A DNA stretch of 62,806 nucleotides, the filler included, from Octopus bimaculoides (lineage: Eukaryota): the NCBI RefSeq assembly GCF_001194135.2. It is 5 parts of 5 records of this genome, joined end to end, with 100 filler letters (N's around TTAATTAATTAA, not from the genome) between each part and the next. Parts side by side here need not be neighbours in the genome. Positions count along the whole stretch, not along the records: positions 36,022 to 43,824 come from NC_068985.1; positions 43,925 to 60,654 come from NC_068984.1; 3 more parts are not named here. One strand, written 5' to 3'. This document shows, piece after piece, positions 38,121 to 52,239 of this stretch. The position numbers and the translations under genes were made by a program. Under the pieces are notes generated by a model, which did no database searches, was not told where the DNA came from, and worked only from the letters and a program-made list of their open reading frames with translations. Numbering within the stretch: the stretch's first letter is position 1; every line of letters starts with the position of its first letter.

Positions 38121-39207
38121 TATTAGACGAATATAAAGAAATAGTGTAAAGATGGTGGAAGCACAAGTTTGAATAAGGTAATCATGAAATAGAACGAAGA
38201 AGTTATAAATTATAGATAAAGGAATGCATAAATGAAATAGGAAATAGATGAAATAGAATATAGATTAAATAAGGTACAAACGAAATAAGTTAGTGTAAGT
38301 GTAAGAAGGTACGAGGGATACAAGGTGTTAGTCAAATAAAGCAAAGATGAAATAAAGTGTTGACGGAAACTACATTGTGGTGTTAGCTGGTTTGAAGCTT
38401 ATGTTGTTGCAGTTGGTGCCATTGTCGTTGTTTAACCACATTTCAACCTTCATTAAACAAACATATCTAAAGACATTCTATCCGTGACTAAGCCATGTAT
38501 TATAATATTACTCAGGAATTATGTATACCGGAATACAATATTTAACGAGATACATTTTCTAGTTAGTAGAAACAGATTTGTGGGGGATTTAGCTGCTACT
38601 TCTTTTTGTTTGTTCACATAAAACTATTAATAGATGTAAGATTTTTAAGAAACATTGAGTAGTGGATGTAGTAGCCTTCATGGCTTCCCTAAAATGCAAT
38701 TGTTACAAGTTCCTACATTCCTTTGTCCTCCCACGTGATTCGCTGCCCCAACGAAAATAACTGGGGTGCTGGGGTTAAGGTGAACCTTTATTTCACTCAC
38801 TATTGTCCCTGTGGATGAGGATGTGAAGTGGACAGTAGCGCAATTTCAATAAAGACATTCCAGGAGCCAAACAGTAGGACGACGCCTTTCCTGCTACTTC
38901 ACCATCACCGCCGTTCTACTGACACTCAACGACTGCAGCTCCATACGACAAATAGATCAGCTAGAAATAGCAGCCATATCATTTTCTATTCATACACTAA
39001 TGATTCAAATAAAGGCACATTGGATAATGTAATCCCCGACAGATATACTATGGTTAAGATAAATTTCGTGATGGTCACGATCGGAACGGTTTTGATCATA
39101 TGTCTGTTTAATCCCGATTGATCAAGGGTTAAACGTCCAAAGTACATTTAAAGTGTGTAGATTTTAATAAAATTTTCTTTATCCAGAGAGAGTATAATAG
39201 ATATGTA

Positions 39208-39246
<39 letters not shown>

Positions 39247-40039
39247 NNNNNNNNNNNNNNNNNNNNNNNNNNNNNNNNNNNNNNNNNNNNNNNNNNNNNN
39301 NNNNNNNNNNNNNNNNNNNNNNNNNNNNNNNNNNNNNNNNNNNNNNNNNNNNNNNNNNNNNNNNNNNNNNNNNNNNNNNNNNNNNNNNNNNNNNNNNNNN
39401 NNNNNNNNNNNNNNNNNNNNNNNNNNNNNNNNNNNNNNNNNNNNNNNNNNNNNNNNNNNNNNNNNNNNNNNNNNNNNNNNNNNNNNNNNNNNNNNNNNNN
39501 NNNNNNNNNNNNNNNNNNNNNNNNNNNNNNNNNNNNNNNNNNNNNNNNNNNNNNNNNNNNNNNNNNNNNNNNNNNNNNNNNNNNNNNNNNNNNNNNNNNN
39601 NNNNNNNNNNNNNNNNNNNNNNNNNNNNNNNNNNNNNNNNNNNNNNNNNNNNNNNNNNNNNNNNNNNNNNNNNNNNNNNNNNNNNNNNNNNNNNNNNNNN
39701 NNNNNNNNNNNNNNNNNNNNNNNNNNNNNNNNNNNNNNNNNNNNNNNNNNNNNNNNNNNNNNNNNNNNNNNNNNNNNNNNNNNNNNNNNNNNNNNNNNNN
39801 NNNNNNNNNNNNNNNNNNNNNNNNNNNNNNNNNNNNNNNNNNNNNNNNNNNNNNNNNNNNNNNNNNNNNNNNNNNNNNNNNNNNNNNNNNNNNNNNNNNN
39901 NNNNNNNNNNNNNNNNNNNNNNNNNNNNNNNNNNNNNNNNNNNNNNNNNNNNNNNNNNNNNNNNNNNNNNNNNNNNNNNNNNNNNNNNNNNNNNNNNNNN
40001 NNNNNNNNNNNNNNNNNNNNNNNNNNNNNNNNNNNNNNN

Positions 40040-40096
<57 letters not shown>

Positions 40097-41425
40097 AATT
40101 TGAATGCTAGACCAGTTCACGTTCGAGCTAAACACAGTAGTCAAGTTTTGAACATCAGTAATTTTAGGTGAGATAAAACCCGAGACGAAATATAAACCAC
40201 ACATCTCTTCACAGGTGTCAAATACATTCACATAAAAATGTGCGCACACACGCTCACACACACACGCATACATACATACATACATACATACATACATACA
40301 TACATACATACATACATGCATGCATGTATGCATGCATGCATACATACACAGTAAGAATGAAAACTGTCTTGCTATTTCATTTATATATATCTAGATTGTT
40401 TACTCATTTCTTTCATACAAAAATAAAATCTATATTAAATTTATAACAGCAACTCACAGTGTAAATGTGTTATTACACTTACTGAACAACTAACCTATAT
40501 TTAGCTATCAAACTTTTTTTTTATTCAATGTCTTTACTGTCTGTCTTTCCCTTCCCTTTTTCTCAGAATATATACGTGTGTGTGTATATATATATATACC
40601 TGTATATATATATGTATATATATATATATATATATATNNNNNNNNNNNNNNNNNNNNNNNNNNNNNNNNNNNNNNNNNNNNNNNNNNNNNNNNNNNNNNN
40701 NNNNNNNNNNNNNNNNNNNNNNNNNNNNNNNNNNNNNNNNNNNNNNNNNNNNNNNNNNNNNNNNNNNNNNNNNNNNNNNNNNNNNNNNNNNNNNNNNNNN
40801 NNNNNNNNNNNNNNNNNNNNNNNNNNNNNNNNNNNNNNNNNNNNNNNNNNNNNNNNNNNNNNNNNNNNNNNNNNNNNNNNNNNNNNNNNNNNNNNNNNNN
40901 NNNNNNNNNNNNNNNATATGTGTATATATATATACATATATATATACATATATATATATACATATATATGCATGTATATATACGTATATATATGTATATA
41001 TATATATGTATATATATATGTATATATATATGTATGTATATATATATATATGTATATATATGTAACAATTTAGGTCTTAATAGACACAAGATGTGATCTA
41101 TTTCTAGCGCATTAATTGTCCACGTTAGTGGTCGACGTTATTTTTTTTAAATGTACCTTAATCCCCTGAGATTGCAGATAATATTTCTGAATCTCTTTGA
41201 TTCTTTAGATGTGCTGGCCTCCTGATAATTAATCGATATTACCAGATTTTATAATATGTATATATATATGTATATATATATGTATATATATGTGTGTGGT
41301 ATGTGTGTGTGTTTGTGTGTGTGTATGTGTGTGTGTTTGTGTGTGTGTGTATGTGTGTGTGTTTGTGTGTGTGTGTGTATGCGTGTGTATATACATATAT
41401 ATACATATATATATATACATATATA

Positions 41426-41482
<57 letters not shown>

Positions 41483-41720
41483 CACAAACACACTCACTCA
41501 CACACAGACACACACACACACACACACACGCAAAAACACGCACATATTTATGCGCGCGCTTGTGTATAAGTAGAAGTCGCACCGTTGTAGCGTTTTCATT
41601 TTATTAAGGCTAATTATGTTGCGACAACTATGAACGTCTCATATTATCGTGTTAACTACAACTGTTAATTACCACTGATTTGCAATACACATACACACAT
41701 ACAAACACATATGCATTACA

Positions 41721-41751
<31 letters not shown>

Positions 41752-41805
41752 CATACATACATACATACATAACTCTATATATGCGAGGATATATATATAT
41801 AAATA

Positions 41806-41850
<45 letters not shown>

Positions 41851-41904
41851 ATGCGTATAANNNNNNNNNNNNNNNNNNNNNNNNNNGATATATATATATA
41901 AATA

Positions 41905-41949
<45 letters not shown>

Positions 41950-41967
41950 ATGCGTATAAAATATATA

Positions 41968-42707
41968 TATTCTTTTATTGTTTTATTTGTTCCAGTCATT
42001 TGACTGCGGCCATGCTGGAACACCGCCTTTAGTCGAACACATCGACACCAGGACTTATTCTTTCTAAGCCTAGTACTTATTCTATCGGTCACTTTTGCCG
42101 AATCACCAAGTTATGAGGACGTAAACACACCAACATCGGTTGTCAAGGGATGGGAGGAGAAACACGGACACACAAACATAGACATACATATATATACTCT
42201 TTTACCCTTTTACTCTTTTACTTGTTTCAGTCATTTGACTGCGGCCATGCTAGAGCACCCCCTTTAGTCGAGAAAATCGACCCCAGGCCTTATTCTTTGT
42301 AAGCCTAGTACTTATTATATCGGGTTTTTTTGCCGAACCGCTAAGTTATGGGAGACGTAAACACACCAGTATCGGTTGTCAAGCGATGGTGGGGGGACAA
42401 ACATAGACACACGAACACACNNNNNNNNNNNNNNNNNNNNNNNNNNNNNNNNNNNNNNNNNNNNNNNNNNNNNNNNNNNNNNNNNNNNNNNNNNNNNNNN
42501 NNNNNNNNNNNNNNNNNNNNNNNNNNNNNNNNNNNNNNNNNNNNNNNNNNNNNNNNNNNNNNNNNNNNNNNNNNNNNNNNNNNNNNNNNNNNNNNNNNNN
42601 NNNNNNNNNNNNNNNNNNNNNNNNNNNNNNNNNNNNNNNNNNNNNNNNNNNNNNNNNNNNNNNNNNNNNNNNNNNNNNNNNNNNNNNNNNNNNNNNNNNN
42701 NNNNNNN

Positions 42708-42746
<39 letters not shown>

Positions 42747-42910
42747 TACGACGGGCTTCTTTCAGTTTCCGTTTACCATACCAAATCCACTCACAAGGCT
42801 TTGGTCGGTCCGAGGCTATAGTAGAAGACACTTGCCCAAAGTACAATGCAGTGGCAGTGAACACAGAATCATGTGGTTGGAAAGCAAGCTACTTACCACA
42901 CAGTCACGCC
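41968..42910 (-). mobile_element. Two adjacent SINE family B copies (one 3' half, one gap-interrupted full copy)
   Basis: cagtcatttgactgcggccatgct...aagcctagtacttatt occurs twice; the head (aagcaagctacttaccacacagtcacgcc) ends at 42910. Confidence 0.8.
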
Positions 42911-43625
42911 TTTATATATATATACATGCACACATACACACAAGTTGTTTTTATAAGGAATAATATATATAGATACTCAATACCTGGTGTGCTGTATTGA
43001 TTGTGTTAAAGCTGTAATTTAAGTTGTATTGACACGGTGGTTCAGACGGCAGCATGGTGTATTGTGTGTATATGAATATAAGTGTGTATGAGTGTGTATA
43101 CATACATATGCGCGCGCGCACACACACACACACACACTTATAAATAAATACATATAAATACATGTAGTTACATGTATTATATATTATCAATGTATATATA
43201 AATACGTGTATATGTATACATGTACGTATAAATATGTGTATACCTGTCTATCTAGCTTCTGTTCTCCATGACGGTTAAGGCCATGTGGAACACTGTCTTG
43301 TTTTATATACAGAGACACGGTATGTGAGCACGATGTTTAGAAGTTAGTAGGTATGTCAGGTGGTAAAGCACTGTAATGTAGATTAAGGTAAATCACAGTT
43401 ATACTAGCAGCCACAGTAATCACCACCACTAACGCTACCACCACCACGACTGCCATCACGGCCTTATAACGTGTTTATCTTCCAGGTTTTTTTTTGAGTG
43501 TGTGTGTGTAAGCTATACAATACAGTATTGGTACTGTTGCTATTGTCGTCACTCCACATTGTAACTACTGAAACACTACACACAGACAAATGTACTTACA
43601 AACGTACATGCATACATGTAAGTAA

Positions 43626-43663
<38 letters not shown>

Positions 43664-44579
43664 AATATATGAGTATATGCATATATATGTACATGTATGT
43701 ATATACGTTCATCTACATGTACATATAGATACATAACTGGGTACATGACGTGGCAAAAGAACAAGGACAAAATGGTAAACAAGGTGCAACAAACAAGCAG
43801 GCCACATAGAAACATCCCCTTTATNNNNNNNNNNNNNNNNNNNNNNNNNNNNNNNNNNNNNNNNNNNNTTAATTAATTAANNNNNNNNNNNNNNNNNNNN
43901 NNNNNNNNNNNNNNNNNNNNNNNNTTTTTTTTTTTTTTTTGTTAGACGCTGTCTTGGTGAGAGAAATTTTTTTTCCTTAGCCGCTTTGTCTCCCTCTTCC
44001 ACTTTTTCATTTTTTTTTGTTTTGGACGCTTGGCAAACACTGTTTCTTCCCTTGTCACAAACACTATTTCTTTTTTTCTCTCTTTTTTCTTTCTCTCTCT
44101 CTTTCTTTCTCTCTCTTTCTTTCTTTCTCCCTCTCTTTCTTTCTTTCACTCTCTCTTGCTCTCTCTCTCCTTCACGCGCGTACGCACAGATTTGACTTCG
44201 CCATGTCAATAAACTTCAAAATTGGTAAAAGTTTATCGATTTTTACAGCTATATGCGGGTGCCTCTGTGAGAAAAAGTTGACAAAAACACAGCTAGGGTC
44301 ATGAACATTGTCCTCCTAAAATTGGAGCGACATGCGTGCTAATTTGTGGACGTGCATAACCCACATCACGTACACACACACACAAACATCTTGTGTTTTA
44401 TAGATATTGATGATCAAACCTTAAACAAAGGACTGACCTTTCCTTGACCAGTACAGGTCCTAGGGGGTGGAGTATTTCCTCATCAATCATCTAGTGTGGA
44501 GGATTTCCCGCTCGTTTTGACAAGCAGCAAACCGGTGGATTTGGTTTCAAATCTCAGGCAGAGTCAAACTAAACCCCAA

Positions 44580-45720
44580 CAAATATCTTGCCACCGTTTA
44601 ATTTCACAAATATGTCCTTCGGAGTAGGTAGCGGACAGTGGAACGTTTTAAGACATTCGTTTAAACCAGTTGAAAAATCATTGCACACTCTCTTTTATTA
44701 TTCCTTTTCTTAACGTACACAGTTGGTGATGACCATTGACTATATTCCACGTTTTAGATAACTCCAATTTTGTCTAGTCTCTCTAACTCTAAGTTCATCT
44801 GTTCTAACGCTGCAAATGGTACAGTTCGTTTTTGTTTAAATACCGGTATGACGTTTTCTTTTACTTCAAACTTCACCCTTGTTTTGATGCACAGATCTAA
44901 TTCATCAGACAGAACTTCAGGAAAAGTCTTTTTAATATTTTTTTTTTAAATTCGTCTCACGACTTATTTGTACTGGCGGAAAAACCATTCATATTTTTAC
45001 AGAAACGATTGGTGGGGACGTTCCATAAATTAAATAATTCCATCCACTCTGTTCCGAATAAATTTGTCGTTTTATTCAACACAAAAACTTTGGCTTTTAA
45101 GGTTTTCCCACAAAATGTACCGTCATTAATCATTTCACCCTTAAAATGTAATTTTTTTCCTGAAAGCGTGCCATTTTCGAAGTTGCTTTTAATCTAGGTC
45201 TCCCGATTTTTTCCCCATGTATCTGATATCACTGCCCTTATCGAGATATCGCTGCCCGTATCCAATTGTAACTTTACGTTTGTGTTCATTTTTACATACA
45301 CAAATTTCCTTTGAGGCTCGTTCGTATTTCTTGTCACCGATAACCTGTTTACGTGATTTTTTTCCTGTTGAACCGTTTTTAGGTTTTGTTTTACAGTGTG
45401 ATTTTTTAATGATCTGTCTTACCATGCTTGAAACATTTTATACTTTTAAACGGACCGTTACTTTTAAAATGTAGACCGGATTCAGCCTTGACATTTTTTT
45501 TTTTTCATATTCGTTACCGGTCGACACGCACGAATAATGAGAGCAATCTTTTTCTACAATTTTATCTGCGTCATGTCTTAGATTTATAAACCTCAGGCAT
45601 TCATCTGCTACTGCCTGTAGAGTTAATTTTTGGTCCTGTTCAAATTTTGTTAATATCTGGGAACATATATTTGCATCTTTGCAAATTCATTTAAAAGCGT
45701 AAAAATAATTGAAAATGAAA
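44580..45720 (-). mobile_element. Gypsy/Ty3 LTR retrotransposon internal fragment (gag end, aspartic protease, RT start)
   Basis: Minus strand: QILTKFEQDQKLTLQAVADECLRFINLRHD (gag), KLQLDTGSDISI (protease, ~45248-45265), LFGTEWMELFNLWNVP, VIPVFKQKRTVPFAALEQMNLELERLDKIGV, VEYSQWSSPTVYVKK, DFSTGLNECLKTFHCPLPTPKDIFVKLNGGKIF (RT N-terminus); frameshifted, no LTRs seen. Confidence 0.88.
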
Positions 45721-45844
45721 CAAAATTTGAAACCAAAACACTAAAAGTTAGTGAAAATGGGTAGAAATAAACGTAGTGTAGTAGTACTACCCCAGGGTAT
45801 CTGCAGAATGTTGAATGTGATTTCGGAATATAAAGAGGAAAAAT

Positions 45845-46195
45845 TCGGATCTTGGAAATTTTCCGTAAGTCCTCTCCGCACCGCAAGATTTTCCCCACAA
45901 ATTACTTTATAGCCGTAATGTATGCCGTTTCAAAGGTATTTATATAAAATTTCATTGAAAAAAAACTCATTTTCCTAAAAGTTATGAGGGAAAAACTCGG
46001 ATTTTGTGAATTTTCCGAAGTCCTCTTCCCACTTCATTGGAAAAGATTTTCCCCACAAATTTCTTTATAATTGTAATGCATGTCGTTTGAAAGGTATTTC
46101 TATAAAATTTCATTGAAAAAAAAAACCTATTTTCCTAAAAGTTATGGGGGAAAAAACTCGGATCTTGTGAATTTTCCGAAGTCCTCTCCCCACCT
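45845..46195. repeat. Tandem repeat, ~155-160 bp period, about 2.3 units
   Basis: ggat(c/t)ttg..aattttccg.aagtcctct at 45847, 45999 and 46161; agattttccccacaaatt at 45886 and 46044. Confidence 0.8.
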
Positions 46196-46308
46196 TCCCG
46201 TTGCTTTGCGCGCATTCTTTTTTCATATTCGTTTCCTACACATTGTTTTACACCCATTCCAGTTTTTTTTTTAATTTTCATTTCCGGGTTAAGATGTAAA
46301 CATTAATC

Positions 46309-46342
<34 letters not shown>

Positions 46343-46381
46343 CTGTGTGTGTGTGTGTGTGCGTGCGTGTGTGTGTGTGTG

Positions 46382-46412
<31 letters not shown>

Positions 46413-47464
46413 ATATATGCGTACGATTATATTGGAATTTGTTGTGAAAATTTCGGTGGGGTAGGGGAAGGGGCAAGGATTTTCGGATATTCACGATTCG
46501 GCTTTGTTTCCTCATATCTTTCATAAAAATGGATTTACAAAATTTTCTGCAAATACCTTTCAGATTGGGTACATTACGATTACATCGGAATTCAATGCAA
46601 AAACAAAAAACAAAGGTGAGCGCACACAAATGTACTGACATACATCACATACATATATCTGCGAAATAAAACTTAAGATTTTGAAAATAATTTGTGTTAG
46701 TATTAATGTGTAAATTCCAATATAATCGTAATGTACACTCTCTGAAAAGTACTTGCAGAAAACTTCATTTCAAATATCCATTCTTTTTCAAAAATACCAT
46801 GGAAACAAAAGTGTGGTGTGGGGTACAGTTGTGTAGGTATGCCTATATATGTGTGTATTTTCTTTGATATACCTACACAAATCTGTCTCCCTACGCACGA
46901 CTTTGTTCCTCGTAACTTCCAGAAAAATGGATGTTATTAAATGAAGTTTTCTACAAATTCTCTTCAGAAGATGCAGATTACGATTATATCGAATTTAATG
47001 CGGATTTTTTTTTCCTAAGTGTGGGGAGTTTCGGAAAATTCATACGTGTCAGCTTCGTTTCTTTTAGAAATATGGTTTNNNNNNNNNNNNNNNNNNNNNN
47101 NNNNNNNNNNNNNNNNNNNNNNNNNNNNNNNNNNNNNNNNNNNNNNNNNNNNNNNNNNNNNNNNNNNNNNNNNNNNNNNNNNNNNNNNNNNNNNNNNNNN
47201 NNNNNNNNNNNNNNNNNNNNNNNNNNNNNNNNNNNNNNNNNNNNNNNNNNNNNNNNNNNNNNNNNNNNNNNNNNNNNNNNNNNNNNNNNNNNNNNNNNNN
47301 NNNNNNNNNNNNNNNNNNNNNNNNNNNNNNNNNNNNNNNNNNNNNNNNNNNNNNNNNNNNNNNNNNNNNNNNNNNNNNNNNNNNNNNNNNNNNNNNNNNN
47401 NNNNNNNNNNNNNNNNNNNNNNNNNNNNNNNNNNNNNNNNNNNNNNNNNNNNNNGTGTAATCGA

Positions 47465-47505
<41 letters not shown>

Positions 47506-47720
47506 TACTGACACACACCGCATATCTCTAAATGAAACATGAAATTTCGAAAAAAGAATTGTGTCAGTGCGTGTTCGTTTTTCTTTTCACATCAAATTTC
47601 AATATAATCGTAATCTTCAATATTAGATGCATATTTGCAAAAAAATTCATTAAAAATATGTATTTTCTGGAAAGTTTATAAGGTCGCGTGTATAATACGT
47701 TAAAGAATGTCATGTGCTCT

Positions 47721-47737
47721 TATAAATAAGGCGCCAA
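47721..47737 (+). promoter_or_regulatory. Candidate CAD core promoter (TATA-like TATAAATA plus GGCGCCAA)
   Basis: TATAAATA at 47721-47728, ~50 bp upstream of the ATG, adjacent to an E2F-like GGCGCCAA. Motif-level evidence only. Confidence 0.3.
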
Positions 47738-47776
47738 TTATGCCCCTTGTTATTTATTACATCCTCACTTCAGAAG

Positions 47777-47882
47777 ATGGGTTCTATCAAGATGCCGAAG
47801 AAAGCCACGTTGTTTCTGGAAGATGGCTCCAGATTTAGTGGCCAACTTTTTGGCCATCCTGTCAGCGTTGCCGGTGAAGTGG
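47777..47882 (+). CDS. CAD: CAD (CPSase II/ATCase/DHOase) first coding exon
   Basis: MGSIKMPKKATLFLEDGSRFSGQLFGHPVSVAGEV matches the CAD N-terminus (LxLEDGS...FG...GEV); in-frame TAA upstream; donor GTTAGT at 47883 (phase 1). No mitochondrial presequence, favouring cytosolic CAD over CPS I/III. Confidence 0.88.
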
Positions 47883-49408
47883 GTTAGTGAAAATGGATTA
47901 GAATCATTCTATTTTTCTATTCTCCATTTTAAAATATGTCGAAATTGTTAAAACCAAGTATCTCTAAATTTATATTTTCGTATTGTATAAAATTATCTCT
48001 TAATTACTCTAAGTTTTAATTGTATTAATTACTAATATGTATGATGTGTGTATTTTTTCTTTTATTTGGTTTTTCTTAATTGGATTATACTATTAATTAA
48101 TACGTCATTATTAATAAAAAGGTGCTTCTTTATTATCGTTTACGTAATATTTTGTGGAAATGGCATGAACGTCATGCAGTCATATTTTTCTAGCTTGAAA
48201 TAGTCGTCTTCTGTCCAACCAATATAACGAAATGGAATTAACATATGTTGCTAAACGCTCTTGGCGGAAAGGCAAGAAGAAATTCTGACAATTGTATTTT
48301 TTCTTCACTAAATTTCTGTCACTGTGCTGAAAAAAAAAAACTAGTTAAAATTCCGGCACGGACGCACGCGTGCAGGTACACATTTAATTAAATAAGGATA
48401 AAATAGCGGGGAAATTAAAAGATTTTAAATAGAATTATAACATTTAATCAAAGACTAATCTGTTTTTTTCAATTGAGCACTTGGCATAGTTCATTAGTTG
48501 CTCCTATTTTAATCATTATTTTGTTCATGTATCAGTCATCCTTCATTTTTTTTTTTTTTTTCGTCTTTNNNNNNNNNNNNNNNNNNNNNNNNNNNNNNNN
48601 NNNNNNNNNNNNNNNNNNNNNNNNNNNNNNNNNNNNNNNNNNNNNNNNNNNNNNNNNNNNNNNNNNNNNNNNNNNNNNNNNNNNNNNNNNNATATATATA
48701 TATATAGGAAAAGCAAGCGGTTGTGAAATGCTGAAACAAAGATTTCTAATATATAATAATATTTAAAAATTGTTAGATTTACATTACAATATATTACTAT
48801 ACAACAACAAAAGAAAAAAAGACGAAGAAACTTACAAAGTTAACCTTTAAAGTATATTTACTGTCAAAATATTTTTAAAATTCACCTGGTCTGTATCTAT
48901 ATATATTTACACACACACACTTATACGTACGCAGTGCGCTTAATATAGTGAAACAGACACGTGCTTTAAGTAAGCAGTGTCTAGAAAACTCTAACAATCT
49001 ATTTTGCTTAATCGTTAGAAAACAATTTTTATAATTCTCTTCGTAGTGATGAGGAGCGTAAAAGTCTCAACTAATTATTTTCTTTACGACTTTAAATTTC
49101 TGTATGGATTATATGTACATGCATACACAAATTGTTTGTTCATCGTGGGTATTCATTGATGTGGATAGGCTATAACGCTTTCCCTATTTTGCTAATATAC
49201 ATAAAAATAATAGTCATCGAATGTCACAAAACTCAGCTTTTTAATTTTTTTTGTAGTTCTGAATTTGGCAATGTTTTAGAATGTAGAGAACTCTGTTATC
49301 TATTCTCTCCTTTCCCCAGGATGATTTGAGTAAAATTTGGCTGTTGTTTTTAGCGACCTAATACAATGGCCGACAACAGCCTTCAATCAGTAGTGTGTCC
49401 CCATGTTC

Positions 49409-49457
<49 letters not shown>

Positions 49458-52239
49458 AAAATAAAGATGGATAAATGAGTTGTAATATACGATAAACTAT
49501 ATTTCTCGTATGATTTTATGGCTAATTGTGATTTAGTGTTTATATTGTGTACAGTAAGTCTCAATCGTGGCTTTATACTGAAGGCATGTGTTGGATGGCG
49601 TGGTGTGTATATAAAAAAACAGAAGTCATTTAAAGAATTGATAATTAATACTTTCTCCTTTTTCTTTTTTAAAGCTCTTAGTATTTGATGCGTGATTTGT
49701 GTCAGTTTGCATTGCAAGGTACCAACAATTTGATAGTGTGGTTATATATATTTTAAATATATATGAACATATATGTTACGCAAATCGTCTTCTGTTTTTC
49801 TGTGTGGTGTGTAGATAGTGGTTGTTGGTCTTTGTGTTCCAAAATTAAACAATAATTAGTTGTTTTCTCAGGTCAACTCTTTTTTAAGGTGTTTTTAAGG
49901 TCCAGATGGACAATATGTAATACTACGTTGTCCTATGTTCCTTTGGTCGATTTGAGTAAGGTTTGTTATTTCTAGCAAGGACCACATTTAGGTTTGTGGA
50001 TTTTATAGACGTCTCAACGTTGTGCTAAGCGTCAAGAAAAGCGCACGAGTTTTATTTGTAATCTTTATTCTTTTTACTTTCACAAAACACCATACGTGTT
50101 GCATATCAATTTGAAGTATGGAAAACTAAAAATACATCAGAATGATAGCAATATATCTATTTTCTGCGTCTTTTCTCTTCATTTTGCGATTAACGGCAAT
50201 GTTCTCGTTTAAGAAGCATTTAATTTAGATGTGTTGCTGCTAGTTTGTTAGATAAGTGCCGTTGTATTCTATGTATTGACTATTTTTATAGTCGCTATTG
50301 CACTTTTAATCGACAGACATGAAAGTCAACATCCTTATATAAGAATTTGTTAATTGAAATTATTTAATTATTCTTTTAGTTATAAACGTAATTTTATTTC
50401 GGAAAAGAACTTGAAAGGGAGATTGGTTTAAAAATTAAGTTAGGCAATAATTTTAAATATGCTTAATATTCAATTAAAGTTCTGTTCGAATTCGATTTAT
50501 ATATGAACAGCTCTCATCATCACTATCTGCAAACCTGGAGCATGATCTCACTGTGACTCACTTTCTATCTCCTGTGTCAGAATTGCTCAACACAGGTGTT
50601 GTATATTGATGAATCACTATTTTATTAAAGTATAAATATTAATAAAAATACAACCTTTTAAATTAAGTTGTAATATTGTAAAATGTAAGCATGTATCTAT
50701 GATTTGGTAGACTTCGTTATATAACCTGCAACCTTCGAGGCCCACGTTGTATTTCGGTTTTTAAGTCTTTCACATTTAGGATTTACAATATTGGGTAGTA
50801 TAGGTTAAAAATGTCGAGTTCAATTCCGTTTATTAAAAAAGATCAGTTGTATGTCATGTGTAAAAGAGTAGGAGCATCCTTCGGATAAATTAATAAATAA
50901 GATGTTGGGCATGGCTTAGCAATATCATTATACTTGAGCCAAAGACGAAGCCTCCGGGTAGGTGCGCCACTTGCTAAAAATAACAGCCAAACTTCCCTTT
51001 CGTCTTTACTACAGTAAAGGCGCCTTTGATCACGGGTCAGTTCAGAGTTGACCTGACTCTAAGCATCTAATTTAGGTCTAATCTGACTTTGCTTTTCATT
51101 TCTTTGTGAAGAATTTTTTTCAAACTTTGTACTACTACTAAAGTTAGTGTATGTTCAACACAAGTTTTTTTTTCTGTGGGTTTGTGTGTGTGGATTTCAT
51201 TGTCTATAATAGTGAACGTTATCCACAAATACATCTTTAATTTTACTGTGCTTGTGTCTTCTGTACAGTTCACTATAAAATGTAGGTTATGGTACCTTAT
51301 TGATATTTTGCTCCATATCAATTCTGATCAGGCTGACATATGAATGACATTCCAACTGTTATGCTGTCTTTTTCTAATGGTACCTTATATTAGATCTGCT
51401 CAAGATAGCAGCCAAATTTTCAATTCATACTACACTATCTTAAATTACATTTTGGATAAGTTGGTAGCTAAGTACATCCTGTTCTCATTGATAAAGAGCT
51501 ATCTAAAACAAACTGCCATTATCATGGATTTAACATCCTTTCATTTTTGGGACATTTGATTGGACAAATGTGTAATAAAGGATACTGACAATTCTATGTC
51601 AAACTTACTATATCTCCTTCCGCAAATCTAACTTCACTCTTCAAACAAACCAAATGCCTTGTCATTGCTATTGTCTTAGGTCAGCTCAACCCTGATCTAG
51701 ATTATGCTGTTTCTTAAAGGATATCTAGGACTACATTATCTAAGATGTTATTTCTTATTTATGAAGGCCTGTTATGATTTATGTGAGGTTCCTGTGTTGA
51801 CTTATCTCTCCTGTAGGAGTTTTGTGGGGAATTTTCATGATCACATTGAAAAGTAAACATTAGAATTACAAATGTGAACTTGTTAGAAGATAATTTCCAG
51901 ACAAGGCACATCTAATTTTAGATGTTCTTAATCAGTTTACGTCATTTATTTCATTTTACTTTACAGAAAGACACAAGTTACATAACAGATACTTGAGGTA
52001 GTGGTGGTGGAGGTGGTGATGTCTGATACTATTCTGTATTATAGGTCTGCAGTAGAGTTTACGACTAATTATCTTAATGGTGTCTTGCCTCTAGATATCC
52101 AGCATAATTCCATAAGTTCCCTTTGCTTTCTGTGGCATCAGGCTTTGAACGACCTTTGGTAACTTCACTGAGGAGTGCTACATGCTCATCATAGAATTTT
52201 GTTGAGAGTATTCAGGTGTATTCTGTTGCCTTTTAAGAC

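Noticed and set aside
41787-41960. Direct duplication flanking a short gap (similar cases at 7140-7190 and 61150-61270)
   Set aside because: Typical contig-end overlap across small gaps; assembly redundancy.
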